Positions 19,712 to 29,681 of a DNA stretch of 64,000 bases are shown piece by piece; position 1 is the stretch's first letter; every line of letters begins with the position of its first letter. Position numbers and translations under genes: made by a program. This DNA is from an uncultured cyanobacterium (lineage in GTDB: Bacteria > Cyanobacteriota > Cyanobacteriia > Cyanobacteriales > Cyanobacteriaceae): assembly GCA_963710605.1 (NCBI GenBank), contig CAVQBA010000006.1, positions 800,001 to 864,000 of the forward strand. Reading direction: 5' to 3'. The notes under the pieces are model-generated. The model saw only the letters and a list, made by a program, of their open reading frames with translations, had not been told where the DNA came from and did not search any database.

Positions 19712-22700
19712 ATGCCTTCAAATTTTGACTTTCTTCAAGCAGACTTTAATCAAATCTTCGCTCATGCTGTTCAAGCAGAAAACCTGATTTATACCGCTCC
19801 TCGTGCTAGTTGCTTCTATACTCGTTACACTTTAGAACAAGCAGTAATTTGGCTTTACGACAACGATCCTTATTTGAACCTACCCTACGATACCAATTTA
19901 GGAGCATTAATCTACGAACAAACCTTCAAAGATAATCTTAGTCCTCATCTTTTTCCCAAAATTCTTATTATTCTCAAAACAGGGAATATAGCAGTTCATG
20001 ATTCAGTAAAAATTAGCGAAAAAGACTCTCTTCACCTCGTAAAAGAACTATTTCACTTTCTTTATTGGCTGTGTGGTTGTTATTCTCCTAATGGTCGTAA
20101 TTTACCTAATTTAAAGTTTGACTCCAACCTCCTCACTAAACCAGAAGAAACAGGCAAAGAAGAATTAACCCTCGTCCAACTCCAAAACCTTGAAAGCAAA
20201 CTCTCTCAGGCTGAAGAAATGAAGAGAATTGCTGAGCAAAGGCAACAAAAGACAGAGGCAGAATTAGCCCGACTCAAAGCAGAAATAGACAAACTAAAAC
20301 AAGCCAATACTGCCGTAAAAGATGACCACGATTGGAAGGAAGCCCAAACCCGTCAATATTTAATCGATGTCTTACTCAAGGAAATGGGTTGGGATTTAAC
20401 TCAACCTAACACCATAGAATATAAAGTCAGAAATATGCCTAAATCTGTTAATCCAACAGGTAAAGGGGCGATCGATTATGTCTTGTGGGATGATAATGGT
20501 TTACCCTTAGCGGTTATTGAAGCCAAACGAACCCGTATAGATGCCAATGCAGGTAAACAACAAGCCAAATTATACGCTGATTGTTTACAACAAGAATTTA
20601 AGCAACGTCCTCTAATCTTTTACAGCAACGGCTATCAAACCTATTTTTGGGATGACCTTAATTATCCTCCTCGCTTAATAGAAGGCTTTTTGCGTAAAGA
20701 TGAATTACAAAGAATTATCTTTCGTCGCACTCAACGCAAATCCCTCAATTTAGTTCAACCCGATCGAGACATCGCAGGAAGAAGCTATCAAACCGAAGCG
20801 ATTAAACGAGTAACAGAAACCTTGTCCCCCCCTTTGGAAGGGGAGGGGCTGTCATCTGAATTTACTTCAGATGCTTGTAAGCCCCGTGGGTTAGGGGGGA
20901 TTAATAACCCTTCCAAACGAGGAAATAATGCTCGTAAAGCCCTGCTGGTAATGGCAACAGGTACAGGTAAAACCAGAACAGCGATCGCCTTGATTGATTT
21001 ATTAATTCGAGCTAATTGGATTAAACGAGTGTTGTTTCTAGCCGATCGAACATCTTTACTAACTCAAGCTAAAAGAGCGATGGTAGCAAACTTACCTAAC
21101 GCTACAGTAGTAGATATTACCAAAGAAAAAGATATTGAAGGAGCGAACATAATCCTCTCTACCTACCCCACCATTATGAACCGTATCAATAATATTATTC
21201 CCCCCTCACAAACTGGGGTTAGGGGAGATTCGCAAAATCGTCTTTTTGGTGTCGGTTATTTTGACCTTATAATAGTGGATGAAGCTCACCGTAGTATCTA
21301 TAAAAAGTATCAAGCGATATTCAGCTATTTTGATGCTTTGTTAATTGGTTTGACTGCTACTCCTAGAAATGAAATCAATCGAGATACCTACCGTATATTT
21401 GACCTCGAAGCTGGTAATCCTACCTTTGCTTACGAATTAAATGATGCGATCGCTGATGGTTATTTAGTACCTCCTACTGGTCTTGATGTGCCTTTTAAAT
21501 TTCTTCGCCGAGGGGTAAAATATAACGAGCTTAGCCCTGAAGAGCAACAAGAATACGAAGAAAAGTTCTTTGATGAGGAAACAGGGGAAATACCCGAAGA
21601 AATTAACTCAGCCGCTCTTAATCGTTGGTTATTTAATCAAAATACAGTCGATCGAGCTTTAAAAATCTTGATGGAATGGGGTTTAAAAATTGATGGAGGC
21701 GATCGTCTCGGTAAAACTATTATTTTTGCTCGTAACCACAAACACGCTGAATTTATTGTCGAAAGATTCGATTCTAATTACCCTCATTATAAAGGTGCAT
21801 TTGCCCGTATCATTGATAGTCACGATCGTTATGCCCAAACCATCCTTGATGAGTTTTCAAACCTAGCTAAAGAGCCGACTATCGCCGTTTCTGTAGATAT
21901 GTTAGATACGGGTGTAGATGTACCAGAAGTGCTAAATTTAGTCTTTTTTAAACCAGTCTATTCAGAAGTTAAATTTAACCAAATGATTGGTAGGGGAACA
22001 CGTTTATGCTCTGATTTATTTGGAGTCGGTAGGGATAAAGCCGAATTTTTAATACTTGACTTATGCGACAACTTTGCTTATTTTGAGCAGGAAATCCCAG
22101 AAAAAGAGAGCAAACAAGCAGAAACTCTCAATACTCGTTTGTTAAAAGCCAAATTAGAATTACAAGAATCTTTAACAGAATTCAATCGACAAAAACGATC
22201 GCAAAATCCAAACACTCTTTACCAGTCTAAAACTAAAGACTATTCTCTCAAAGAACCACAACAAAATCCCTATTCTGTAAATAAAGAAGATAGTTTAAGC
22301 AAACAACTATTAGATGAATTACATCAACACGTTGCGAGTATGGAAGAAAATAACTTTTTAGTCCGCAAACATCTGCAACAAGTAGAAACTTTTAACGATC
22401 GAAATAAATGGAATAATTTAACCTCTAAAGATAAAGGGATTATTATCAATACTTTAATTCCTCTACCTGATAGCCTACCTCGTGAAAATCCTCGCATCAA
22501 AAACTTCGATTTGCTTTGTTTTAAGGTACAGTTAGCTATCCTCAAAAATACCTCAGACTACGAAAAATTAAGAGACAAAATAAGAGACTTATTGACTCGG
22601 CTAGAAGATAAAAAAACTATACCCGCAGTCAAAGAGAAATTGACTTTAATTGAAGCAGTACAACAAGAAGACTGGTGGCAAGATATAACTCCTTATATGT

Positions 22701-23326
22701 TAGAGGAAGCGAGAAAAAATCTGCGAGAATTAATGGTTTTTATTGAAAAACAAGAAGAAGCGATTATTTACACTGATTTTCAAGATAGGTTAGGAGAATT
22801 AGAAGAAGTTAATGTACCAACTCACCAAACAGGATTCAGCCCTTATCAATACCGTAAGAAAGTAGAAGCCTATATCCAAGCTAATCAAAACCATGTAGCG
22901 ATCGCTAAACTAAAAAGAAATATACCTTTAACTGAAAGTGATTTAACTGCTCTTGAACAAATGTTATTTACTAGCCAAGAGATTGAAACTAAAGACAAAT
23001 TTGAAGCAGTTTATGGTGAAGATATTAGCTTAAAAAGTTTTATCCGTCAATTAGTAGGACTCGATCGTAATTCAGCTAAAGAAGCCTTTGCCACTTATCT
23101 ACAAGACACTAACTTGACAGCTAACCAAACTCGTTTCATTGAGCAAATTATTGATTGGTTAACTCAGCATGGTGTGATGAATCCTTATCTTCTTTATGAA
23201 GCACCCTTTACGGATATTCATATGGAGGGAGTTGATGGAGTATTTAACGATGATGATGCGGATAATATAATTGCGATCGTTCGTTCTTTTAATGATAGTG
23301 TAGAAGTCACGTTTGACTCGGCTTAA
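19712..23326 (+). CDS. hsdR: Type I restriction endonuclease subunit (DUF4145-like N-terminus, DEAH motor, EcoEI_R_C-like C-terminus)
   Basis: IDYVL...VIEAKR nuclease motif, ATGTGKT, DEAHRS, LTATP, QMIGRGTR. Confidence 0.96.
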   Translation: MPSNFDFLQADFNQIFAHAVQAENLIYTAPRASCFYTRYTLEQAVIWLYDNDPYLNLPYDTNLGALIYEQTFKDNLSPHLFPKILIILKTGNIAVHDSVKISEKDSLHLVKELFHFLYWLCGCYSPNGRNLPNLKFDSNLLTKPEETGKEELTLVQLQNLESKLSQAEEMKRIAEQRQQKTEAELARLKAEIDKLKQANTAVKDDHDWKEAQTRQYLIDVLLKEMGWDLTQPNTIEYKVRNMPKSVNPTGKGAIDYVLWDDNGLPLAVIEAKRTRIDANAGKQQAKLYADCLQQEFKQRPLIFYSNGYQTYFWDDLNYPPRLIEGFLRKDELQRIIFRRTQRKSLNLVQPDRDIAGRSYQTEAIKRVTETLSPPLEGEGLSSEFTSDACKPRGLGGINNPSKRGNNARKALLVMATGTGKTRTAIALIDLLIRANWIKRVLFLADRTSLLTQAKRAMVANLPNATVVDITKEKDIEGANIILSTYPTIMNRINNIIPPSQTGVRGDSQNRLFGVGYFDLIIVDEAHRSIYKKYQAIFSYFDALLIGLTATPRNEINRDTYRIFDLEAGNPTFAYELNDAIADGYLVPPTGLDVPFKFLRRGVKYNELSPEEQQEYEEKFFDEETGEIPEEINSAALNRWLFNQNTVDRALKILMEWGLKIDGGDRLGKTIIFARNHKHAEFIVERFDSNYPHYKGAFARIIDSHDRYAQTILDEFSNLAKEPTIAVSVDMLDTGVDVPEVLNLVFFKPVYSEVKFNQMIGRGTRLCSDLFGVGRDKAEFLILDLCDNFAYFEQEIPEKESKQAETLNTRLLKAKLELQESLTEFNRQKRSQNPNTLYQSKTKDYSLKEPQQNPYSVNKEDSLSKQLLDELHQHVASMEENNFLVRKHLQQVETFNDRNKWNNLTSKDKGIIINTLIPLPDSLPRENPRIKNFDLLCFKVQLAILKNTSDYEKLRDKIRDLLTRLEDKKTIPAVKEKLTLIEAVQQEDWWQDITPYMLEEARKNLRELMVFIEKQEEAIIYTDFQDRLGELEEVNVPTHQTGFSPYQYRKKVEAYIQANQNHVAIAKLKRNIPLTESDLTALEQMLFTSQEIETKDKFEAVYGEDISLKSFIRQLVGLDRNSAKEAFATYLQDTNLTANQTRFIEQIIDWLTQHGVMNPYLLYEAPFTDIHMEGVDGVFNDDDADNIIAIVRSFNDSVEVTFDSA
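20826..20902. repeat. Composite hairpin repeat inserted in frame in hsdR
   Basis: CCCCCCCTTTGGAAGGGG...GGGTTAGGGGGGAT enclosing GGGGCT-CATCTGAA/TTCAGATG-AGCCCC; encodes PPLEGEGLSSEFTSDACKPRGLGG. Confidence 0.8.
21198..21230. repeat. Second in-frame hairpin repeat copy in hsdR
   Basis: TTCCCCCCTCACAAACTGGGGTTAGGGGAGATT, encoding PPSQTGVRGD. Confidence 0.7.
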
Positions 23327-23452
23327 ATAGAATTATTTGGGTGCAAGCCTGTCTTGGTGGACGTTCGGTGTCTTGGTCAGCGTTCCCTTTCGTCTTACGC
23401 TCCTGAGCGGGTTATGATTAATCGTAATCTATTGATTTGAAACAACTATAAA

Positions 23453-23677
23453 TTAAGATAATAGTTCAACAAACTCATCAACACTTAAATTAGCCTGTCT
23501 AATAATTGCTCTAAGTGTTCCTCTATCTAACTCTTTATGGTTAGGAACACTAATTCGACTTTTAGGGTTTTTTCTGACTAAAATAATATGACTTCCTTTT
23601 TGGGAATTAATAATAAAATCAATTTTTTCTAATGCCTTAACACATTTTTTTCCAGAAATCACAGGTAATGGAGGCAT
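23453..23677 (-). CDS. hicA: HicA-family toxin
   Basis: LPVISGKK..KALEK, QKGSHIIL, SVPNHKELDRGTLRAII. Confidence 0.92.
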   Translation of the reverse strand: MPPLPVISGKKCVKALEKIDFIINSQKGSHIILVRKNPKSRISVPNHKELDRGTLRAIIRQANLSVDEFVELLS

Positions 23678-23679
23678 AA

Positions 23680-23904
23680 CTAAATTTTGATGACCTCATA
23701 ACAATCTTCAGGGATTGATTCTCCATCTTCAATCAAAGATTCAATATAAAGCTCGATCGCTTCCTCTATATTCGATAACGCTTCTTCACGAGTTTTTCCT
23801 TGACTGATACAACCTGGTAAACTAGGAACTTCAACTACATAATAACCATCTTCACCTAATGACAAAAGAATTGTTCGATTAATTTTGGAGGGTGTTTGCA
23901 ACAT
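23680..23904 (-). CDS. hicB: HicB-family antitoxin
   Basis: EDGYYVVEVPSLPGCISQGKTREEALSNIEEAI. Confidence 0.92.
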   Translation of the reverse strand: MLQTPSKINRTILLSLGEDGYYVVEVPSLPGCISQGKTREEALSNIEEAIELYIESLIEDGESIPEDCYEVIKI

Positions 23905-24145
23905 CTAATTTAAACAAAATTTGTCAGCATAAACTTTATTTACTAATTATAACCTCTGAATCCAACAGTAATAAAAAAGACGATCGATCGTACTCATTTT
24001 ATGGGGAATTATTTGGGTGCAAACCTTGCACCCCTACAGCCAATTGTTAATCGGTATTACTTAATTGACTGATTTTATTTGATCGATCGACAATCAAAAA
24101 AAGTTTGTGTCATCATAAAAATAAACAGTAAAATTCACTACCATC

Positions 24146-25027
24146 ATGGCAAAAATAGCTGAAAAAAGAGTAGAAAATATCGAAGGTGATTTTTTCGTCG
24201 ATCGCAGTTGTATTGATTGCGATACCTGTCGTTGGATGGCACCTAATATTTTCAGTCGTATTGAAAGTCAATCGGCTGTTTTTCATCAACCTACTACCAC
24301 AGAAGAAAGAAAAAAAGCCTTACAAGCATTATTAGCCTGCCCAACATCTTCAATTGGTACGATCGAAAAACCCAAAGATATTCGTCAAGTACAACAACAA
24401 TTTCCCTTAAAGATTGCTGATAATGTTTATCATTGTGGTTATCATTCTGAAAAATCTTTTGGTGCGGCTAGTTATTTTATTCAACGCCCTGAGGGTAATA
24501 TTTTAATTGATTCTCCTCGTTACAATCCTCCTTTGGTTAAACAGTTAGAAAAAATGGGCGGGGTAAAATATCTTTATCTTACTCACAAAGATGATGTGGC
24601 AGATCATCAATTATTTCACGATCGATTTGGTTGCGATCGTATTTTACACGAAACTGAAATTCAACCTCATACCCAAAATGTTGAAATCAAATTAACTATT
24701 ACCGAACCTTGGCAGTTAGCCGATGACTTATTAATTATCCCCGTACCCGGACATACTAAAGGGCAGACTGTTTTACTATACAAAAACAAATTTCTGTTTA
24801 CAGGCGATCATATAGCATGGTCTGATTATCGTCAAAAACTAGTTGGTTTCCGTAACTTTTGTTGGTATTCATGGTCAGAATTAGTTAAATCCACCAAAGA
24901 ATTAACTCAATATGATTTTGAATGGGTTTTACCCGGACATGGCAGACGTTATCATGCTGATAGTAAAGAGCAAATGCAAGCTGAATTAAACAAAGGTATT
25001 GAATGGATGTCTTCAATTGATAATTGA
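24146..25027 (+). CDS. Ferredoxin-like/metallo-beta-lactamase-fold fusion hydrolase
   Basis: CIDCDTC...CP Fe-S motif; THKDDVADH, PGHT, TGDH, PGHG. Confidence 0.9.
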   Translation: MAKIAEKRVENIEGDFFVDRSCIDCDTCRWMAPNIFSRIESQSAVFHQPTTTEERKKALQALLACPTSSIGTIEKPKDIRQVQQQFPLKIADNVYHCGYHSEKSFGAASYFIQRPEGNILIDSPRYNPPLVKQLEKMGGVKYLYLTHKDDVADHQLFHDRFGCDRILHETEIQPHTQNVEIKLTITEPWQLADDLLIIPVPGHTKGQTVLLYKNKFLFTGDHIAWSDYRQKLVGFRNFCWYSWSELVKSTKELTQYDFEWVLPGHGRRYHADSKEQMQAELNKGIEWMSSIDN

Positions 25028-25119
25028 TAATTGATAATTGACAATTAAGAACTAATTTTAATCGATCGTTTCTAATAAAAATGACTGTAAATAATTAAGA
25101 ATTAGCTACCAAAATAGAG

Positions 25120-25171
25120 AGTTTAATTTATTAAACGTATTTTATTAGCCATGAATAACAATTCATGGTGG
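25120..25171. repeat. Dispersed double-hairpin repeat, copy 2
   Basis: Matches 6041-6092. Confidence 0.7.
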
Positions 25172-25323
25172 ATGTTTTTTAACTCTTAACTTTTAACTTT
25201 TAACTTTTAACTGTTAAGGCTATTCACTATTAAAATTGTCACTATGATTGGTCGATCGTGAAGCAAATCGAATTAAGCTAGATATAGACAGCAATAATTT
25301 TTCTATCTTTAACTAAATCGACA

Positions 25324-26073
25324 ATGACCAAAACTACGATCGATAACGAAACCAAAGAATCTGAAGTTCAAATAAAATCAGAAGTAGCACCGTGGATGAC
25401 GAAATTAGCTTATCCTCTGGCTGGTAAGATTATTTTTCCTTGGTTTTTTAAGCAACTACAAATTACAGGACAAGAAAATGTACCCAAAACAGGAGCGGTG
25501 ATTGTGACTCCGACACATCGTTCTCGCTGGGATGCTTTGGTTGTACCTTACGCTACAGGAAGAAAGACTAGTGGTAGAGATCCTCATTTTATGGTATCTG
25601 CTAACGAAATGACTGGTATTCAAGGCTGGTTTGTACGTCGTTTTGGTGGTTTTCCTGTCGATACCGAGCATCCGGGATTAGATAGTTTACGTCATAGTAT
25701 AGAGTTACTTTCTCAAGATATGATGGTGGTTATTTTTCCTGAGGGTAATATCTTTCGTACTGATGAGGTTAATCCTTTAAAAAGAGGTGTAGCCAAAATT
25801 GCCTTGGAAGTTGAAGAAAAAAACCCTGAAGTAGAAATTAAAATATTACCTGTAAGTATCAAATATAGTGAACCTATACCAAGTCGTGGTAGTAGTATTA
25901 GTGTAAAAATTGGTAGTTGTTTAACCATTAAAGATTATGAGCAAAATGAATTTTCTGCTCGTAAAAATAGTATTCTTTTGACTAGTGATTTACAAACCTC
26001 ATTACAACAACTTCATGACCAAAATAACGCTTTTTCGATCGAAGACAAAGTAGTAACGAGGAAGGATGAATAA
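25324..26073 (+). CDS. plsC: 1-acyl-sn-glycerol-3-phosphate (lysophospholipid) acyltransferase
   Basis: THRSRWD (HX4D), IFPEG. Confidence 0.85.
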   Translation: MTKTTIDNETKESEVQIKSEVAPWMTKLAYPLAGKIIFPWFFKQLQITGQENVPKTGAVIVTPTHRSRWDALVVPYATGRKTSGRDPHFMVSANEMTGIQGWFVRRFGGFPVDTEHPGLDSLRHSIELLSQDMMVVIFPEGNIFRTDEVNPLKRGVAKIALEVEEKNPEVEIKILPVSIKYSEPIPSRGSSISVKIGSCLTIKDYEQNEFSARKNSILLTSDLQTSLQQLHDQNNAFSIEDKVVTRKDE

Positions 26074-26130
26074 GAATTAATAATTAATAATTAATGATTA
26101 ATAATTAATTATTGTAACTTCTTCTTTTTT

Positions 26131-26186
26131 ACTTATTACTTATTACTTATTACTTATTACTTATTACTTATTACTTATTACTTATT
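26131..26186. repeat. Heptamer tandem repeat (ACTTATT)8, STRR-type
   Basis: Eight perfect copies; other heptamer runs near 12685, 13836, 25021, 25187, 36063 and 36200. Confidence 0.95.
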
Positions 26187-27420
26187 GGTGTGGTATAGAG
26201 ACAGTAAAACAACTACCTTGGTTTGGTACAGAGGTTAAAATAGAATCACCTCCATGGAGTCTGGTTAATTCACGAGAGATAACTAATCCTAATCCTGTCC
26301 CTTTATGCTTACGGTGTAAAGGGGTATTTAATTGAGAAAAAGGTTGAAAGAGTTTCTTTTGAGACTGCTCATCAATACCAATTCCTGTATCGATTACTTT
26401 AAATAATGTATAGTCATTGTCTTGGCTTACTTCTAAAGTAACTACTCCTTCTTCGGTAAATTTGACAGCGTTAGATAATAAATTTACTAATACTTGTTTG
26501 AGGCGACGAGAATCAACTAGACAATACTCAATATCTGGCTCAATTACTAAATTTAGAGCTAATTCTTGCTCTTGTGCTTTTGTTTTAACTAATGCTAATG
26601 CTGATTCGCATAATTCTTTAACTAAAGTTTTTTCTTTGAGTAATTCTTCTTTTTGAGCTTGAATTTTAGAAACATCTAATAAATCACTAACTAATTCTAG
26701 TAAATAAGTTCCTGATTGATAAATAGCATCTACGTATTGAGCTTGTTTAATATTTAATTCACCGTAAAGTCTTTGTTGTAACATTTTAGCAAACCCTGTC
26801 ACTGCGGCGATCGGTGTTCTTAACTCATGATTCATATGAGAAAGATAAACGCTTTGTTGTTCTTTTGATTCAATTAATTTTTCAGCTTCTATAATTAATT
26901 CATGTTCTTGTTTTTCAAGTTGTTTATGATAGCAATAGATAGCTAAATATTTATTGATTAATGTTAATATACTATTTACTTCTTTTTCGGGATATTTGAA
27001 TCTTTGGATTTCAATAAATACATTTGCTAGAGATTTATTTTTGAATGTTAACCCGCAAAGATATAAACAGTCTATTTCTTCATTAACTAACCATTTATCA
27101 TAAACAGTCTGAGCAAAGTAGTTAATGTTGTCTTTTACATAAATATATCCTTGATTAATTGAAATATATTTTTGCGTAATTAGTTGAATAACCTCAGAGT
27201 AATCGATCGCTGAATACAGATGTTGAAGATTGTGTTGATAAATTAAATTAACATTCTGTGATTGCTCTTCATAAATAATAAAATTTTTAATTTCGATATA
27301 ATCAGATAAAACACGACAACAATTGCGACAAAAATCTTCTATTTGCTCACAGTTTTCTAATGAATCAAGCAAATATTCATTTATTTTTAGATTATTATTC
27401 GGTACGTTTAGCACTTTCAT
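26182..27420 (-). CDS. Sensor histidine kinase (HisKA + HATPase_c)
   Basis: MNHELRTP, NLLSNAVKFT, DTGIGI, GTGLGL. Confidence 0.93.
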   Translation of the reverse strand: MKVLNVPNNNLKINEYLLDSLENCEQIEDFCRNCCRVLSDYIEIKNFIIYEEQSQNVNLIYQHNLQHLYSAIDYSEVIQLITQKYISINQGYIYVKDNINYFAQTVYDKWLVNEEIDCLYLCGLTFKNKSLANVFIEIQRFKYPEKEVNSILTLINKYLAIYCYHKQLEKQEHELIIEAEKLIESKEQQSVYLSHMNHELRTPIAAVTGFAKMLQQRLYGELNIKQAQYVDAIYQSGTYLLELVSDLLDVSKIQAQKEELLKEKTLVKELCESALALVKTKAQEQELALNLVIEPDIEYCLVDSRRLKQVLVNLLSNAVKFTEEGVVTLEVSQDNDYTLFKVIDTGIGIDEQSQKKLFQPFSQLNTPLHRKHKGTGLGLVISRELTRLHGGDSILTSVPNQGSCFTVSIPHQ

Positions 27421-27467
27421 TTCAATGAGGATGAGATATTTTTTAATAATTTATTAACTAAAAATTA

Positions 27468-28241
27468 CTAAAACTGTCTTCGACAAAAGATGTTAGTAGT
27501 AATAGTTAGAAGTAACACTGTATATAAAATGGTGTAAATTAAACCATTAACTAGCTCACCTGTACTGGGTAATATATTATAAACTGCTTCATTTTTTAAA
27601 TTAAGTCTTTGTAAATCTGGCAGGACAAGGAATATAGTTTGAGTTATTTTTTCAACTGTTGGATTCTCTGTAATTTTACCTAATTCTAGCAGGTCTCTAC
27701 TTAAGTGACCCATTAAATAGACACCAAAACTAAGCAATGTTGCCAAAATAGAACTCGTGAAGACACCAAAAGCCATGGCTACAGCGGTAAGTAACATTAA
27801 TTCTAGTAAAATGTAAGCGATCGCAATTGACAAACTAATTAAAGGATAATCAATCTGTAACAAACTCATCATAGCAAAGTAAATGATAGTCATTGTGACA
27901 ACTAATACAGTTAGCACGGCTGATAAACCTAAATGCTTACCCACAATAAATTCGGTAGAAGTAATGGGTTTAGGTACTAATATCAAAACAGTTTTTTTCT
28001 CTACTTCTTTATTAATTAATCCTGTACCCACGAAAATAGCAACTATCACACCTAAAAGATTAATCCCGGCTATTCCTAAATCTAAAAATATCTTTTCGTC
28101 TGTACCTACTGCAATAGAAGGTAGAATCCATGAAGCTAAAAGTAATAATAAAACGAAAAAACCAATTACATACAGTACACGATCTCTAATTATTTCCCGA
28201 AAACCATTTACAGCTATGGTTTTGATACAACTAATATTCAT
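27468..28241 (-). CDS. ABC transporter permease (ABC-2/NosY-like)
   Basis: FREIIRDR, NKEVEKKT, EFIVGKHLG; six hydrophobic segments. Confidence 0.85.
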   Translation of the reverse strand: MNISCIKTIAVNGFREIIRDRVLYVIGFFVLLLLLASWILPSIAVGTDEKIFLDLGIAGINLLGVIVAIFVGTGLINKEVEKKTVLILVPKPITSTEFIVGKHLGLSAVLTVLVVTMTIIYFAMMSLLQIDYPLISLSIAIAYILLELMLLTAVAMAFGVFTSSILATLLSFGVYLMGHLSRDLLELGKITENPTVEKITQTIFLVLPDLQRLNLKNEAVYNILPSTGELVNGLIYTILYTVLLLTITTNIFCRRQF

Positions 28242-28709
28242 CTTTATTTTTGTTTTTGAGATATCTAAATATTATTCCACCAAAGAATTGACTAAATAGT
28301 ATCAATACATGATTATCGTTTCTAGTATTGTAACCTTTGAAAATAAATAATATTCAAACATTAATTGATCTTACATTAACGATCGTGTTTCTCAAAAGAT
28401 TAGTTTTTAACAATTAATCCCACACATAATATATCAAAAAAATAACCGCTATTAAACACCCACAACAATTTTAACTCCACAAAATACTAATTCATTATTA
28501 AGTTATAACTGGCTTTGTTTTGTCTTACTGTTATTATTTCTTTTTCTCACTTTACTTGCCACTATAGAAATCTCTACTACTTTGTTTGTTTTCTACTACT
28601 TCATTTTATTTTAGCAACTACTAATTATATTTAAGAATGTCTGAGATTTTTATGTCCCACGTTAGTTATAAATACTTAAGTGTAAATATTTACGATCGAA
28701 GTAAATCAT

Positions 28710-29681
28710 TTAAGCGGCTAAATGTAATTGCGAAGGCAAAGAAGATATATTGTTCAGCTCTTTTTCAATTAACTGCTCAAAATTATTAACAATCGAAGAA
28801 CAAAGATGATAATACTTTTTAATCCATTGATGATACCATTGAATTTGAAAATCATCTAAATAGTCAGTCGGTAACTGATTATAACTAACTACTGCTTGAC
28901 TATCTATTTGAAAATGACTAATCCACGCACTATCAGGTTTAGCCGACTGTAAATAACTACTAACCAAACTACTACCCAAATATTTTTTACTTAATTTAGC
29001 AATCTGATTAATCAAATCAATTAGTTGTTGAATCTCTATTTGATGAGTTTGACAATAAATCATCCCCATTTCTTCGGGAGAAAATTGACGGCTAAAAAGA
29101 GTTTTCTGGTTAAAAATTGCATGACGCAAATTCGTTTTAGAGATAATAGTTGATGTCAGGCAAGCATCCTTCAAGTTTGCTTCGCTCAAATTAACTTGTG
29201 TCAAATTAACCTTAGTTAAAAAAGCATTTTGCAGATTACATTTTCTCATCTTACTTTCTGATAAATCGGCGTAATTTAATGAGCATTGAGTAAAATCAGC
29301 AAACAATAAATAAGCTTGACGAGCTTTAATCTGATTAAGATGAGCTTGACGAAAACTAGTATTTTTAGCATGAACCTGACTAAGATTAGCATTGTTGAGG
29401 CGACTAAAACTTAAATCACTGTCATCTAAAATAGCATTACTTAAATCTGCACCAGTTAGATTAGTACATTTTAAATTACATTTACTTAAATCTGCACCTG
29501 ATAAATTAGCACCTGATAAATTAGCTAAGCTTAAATTACTATTTTTAAAATCAATGCCTTTTAAATTAATTCTTTGTAAATCAGTTTCTCGCAAATCAAA
29601 CTTTTTAAATTTCCTCTCTCCTGACAAATAAAGTTTTTCTATTTGTTTTTTAGTGTATTTATTCATCTTTGTAATTTCCAA
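28710..29681 (-). CDS. Pentapeptide-repeat protein
   Basis: A(N/D)LSG-type pentapeptides over ~170 aa; Y.SGERKF N-terminus. Confidence 0.9.
   Translation of the reverse strand: MEITKMNKYTKKQIEKLYLSGERKFKKFDLRETDLQRINLKGIDFKNSNLSLANLSGANLSGADLSKCNLKCTNLTGADLSNAILDDSDLSFSRLNNANLSQVHAKNTSFRQAHLNQIKARQAYLLFADFTQCSLNYADLSESKMRKCNLQNAFLTKVNLTQVNLSEANLKDACLTSTIISKTNLRHAIFNQKTLFSRQFSPEEMGMIYCQTHQIEIQQLIDLINQIAKLSKKYLGSSLVSSYLQSAKPDSAWISHFQIDSQAVVSYNQLPTDYLDDFQIQWYHQWIKKYYHLCSSIVNNFEQLIEKELNNISSLPSQLHLAA

Noticed and set aside
20826-20902. Intein or intron in hsdR
   Set aside because: The insert is only ~30 aa, lacks intein terminal motifs and matches the dispersed hairpin repeat.
26131-26186. Tandem repeats as a possible CRISPR array
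   Set aside because: Pure heptamer repeats with no spacers; no repeat-spacer array or cas gene seen in the window.
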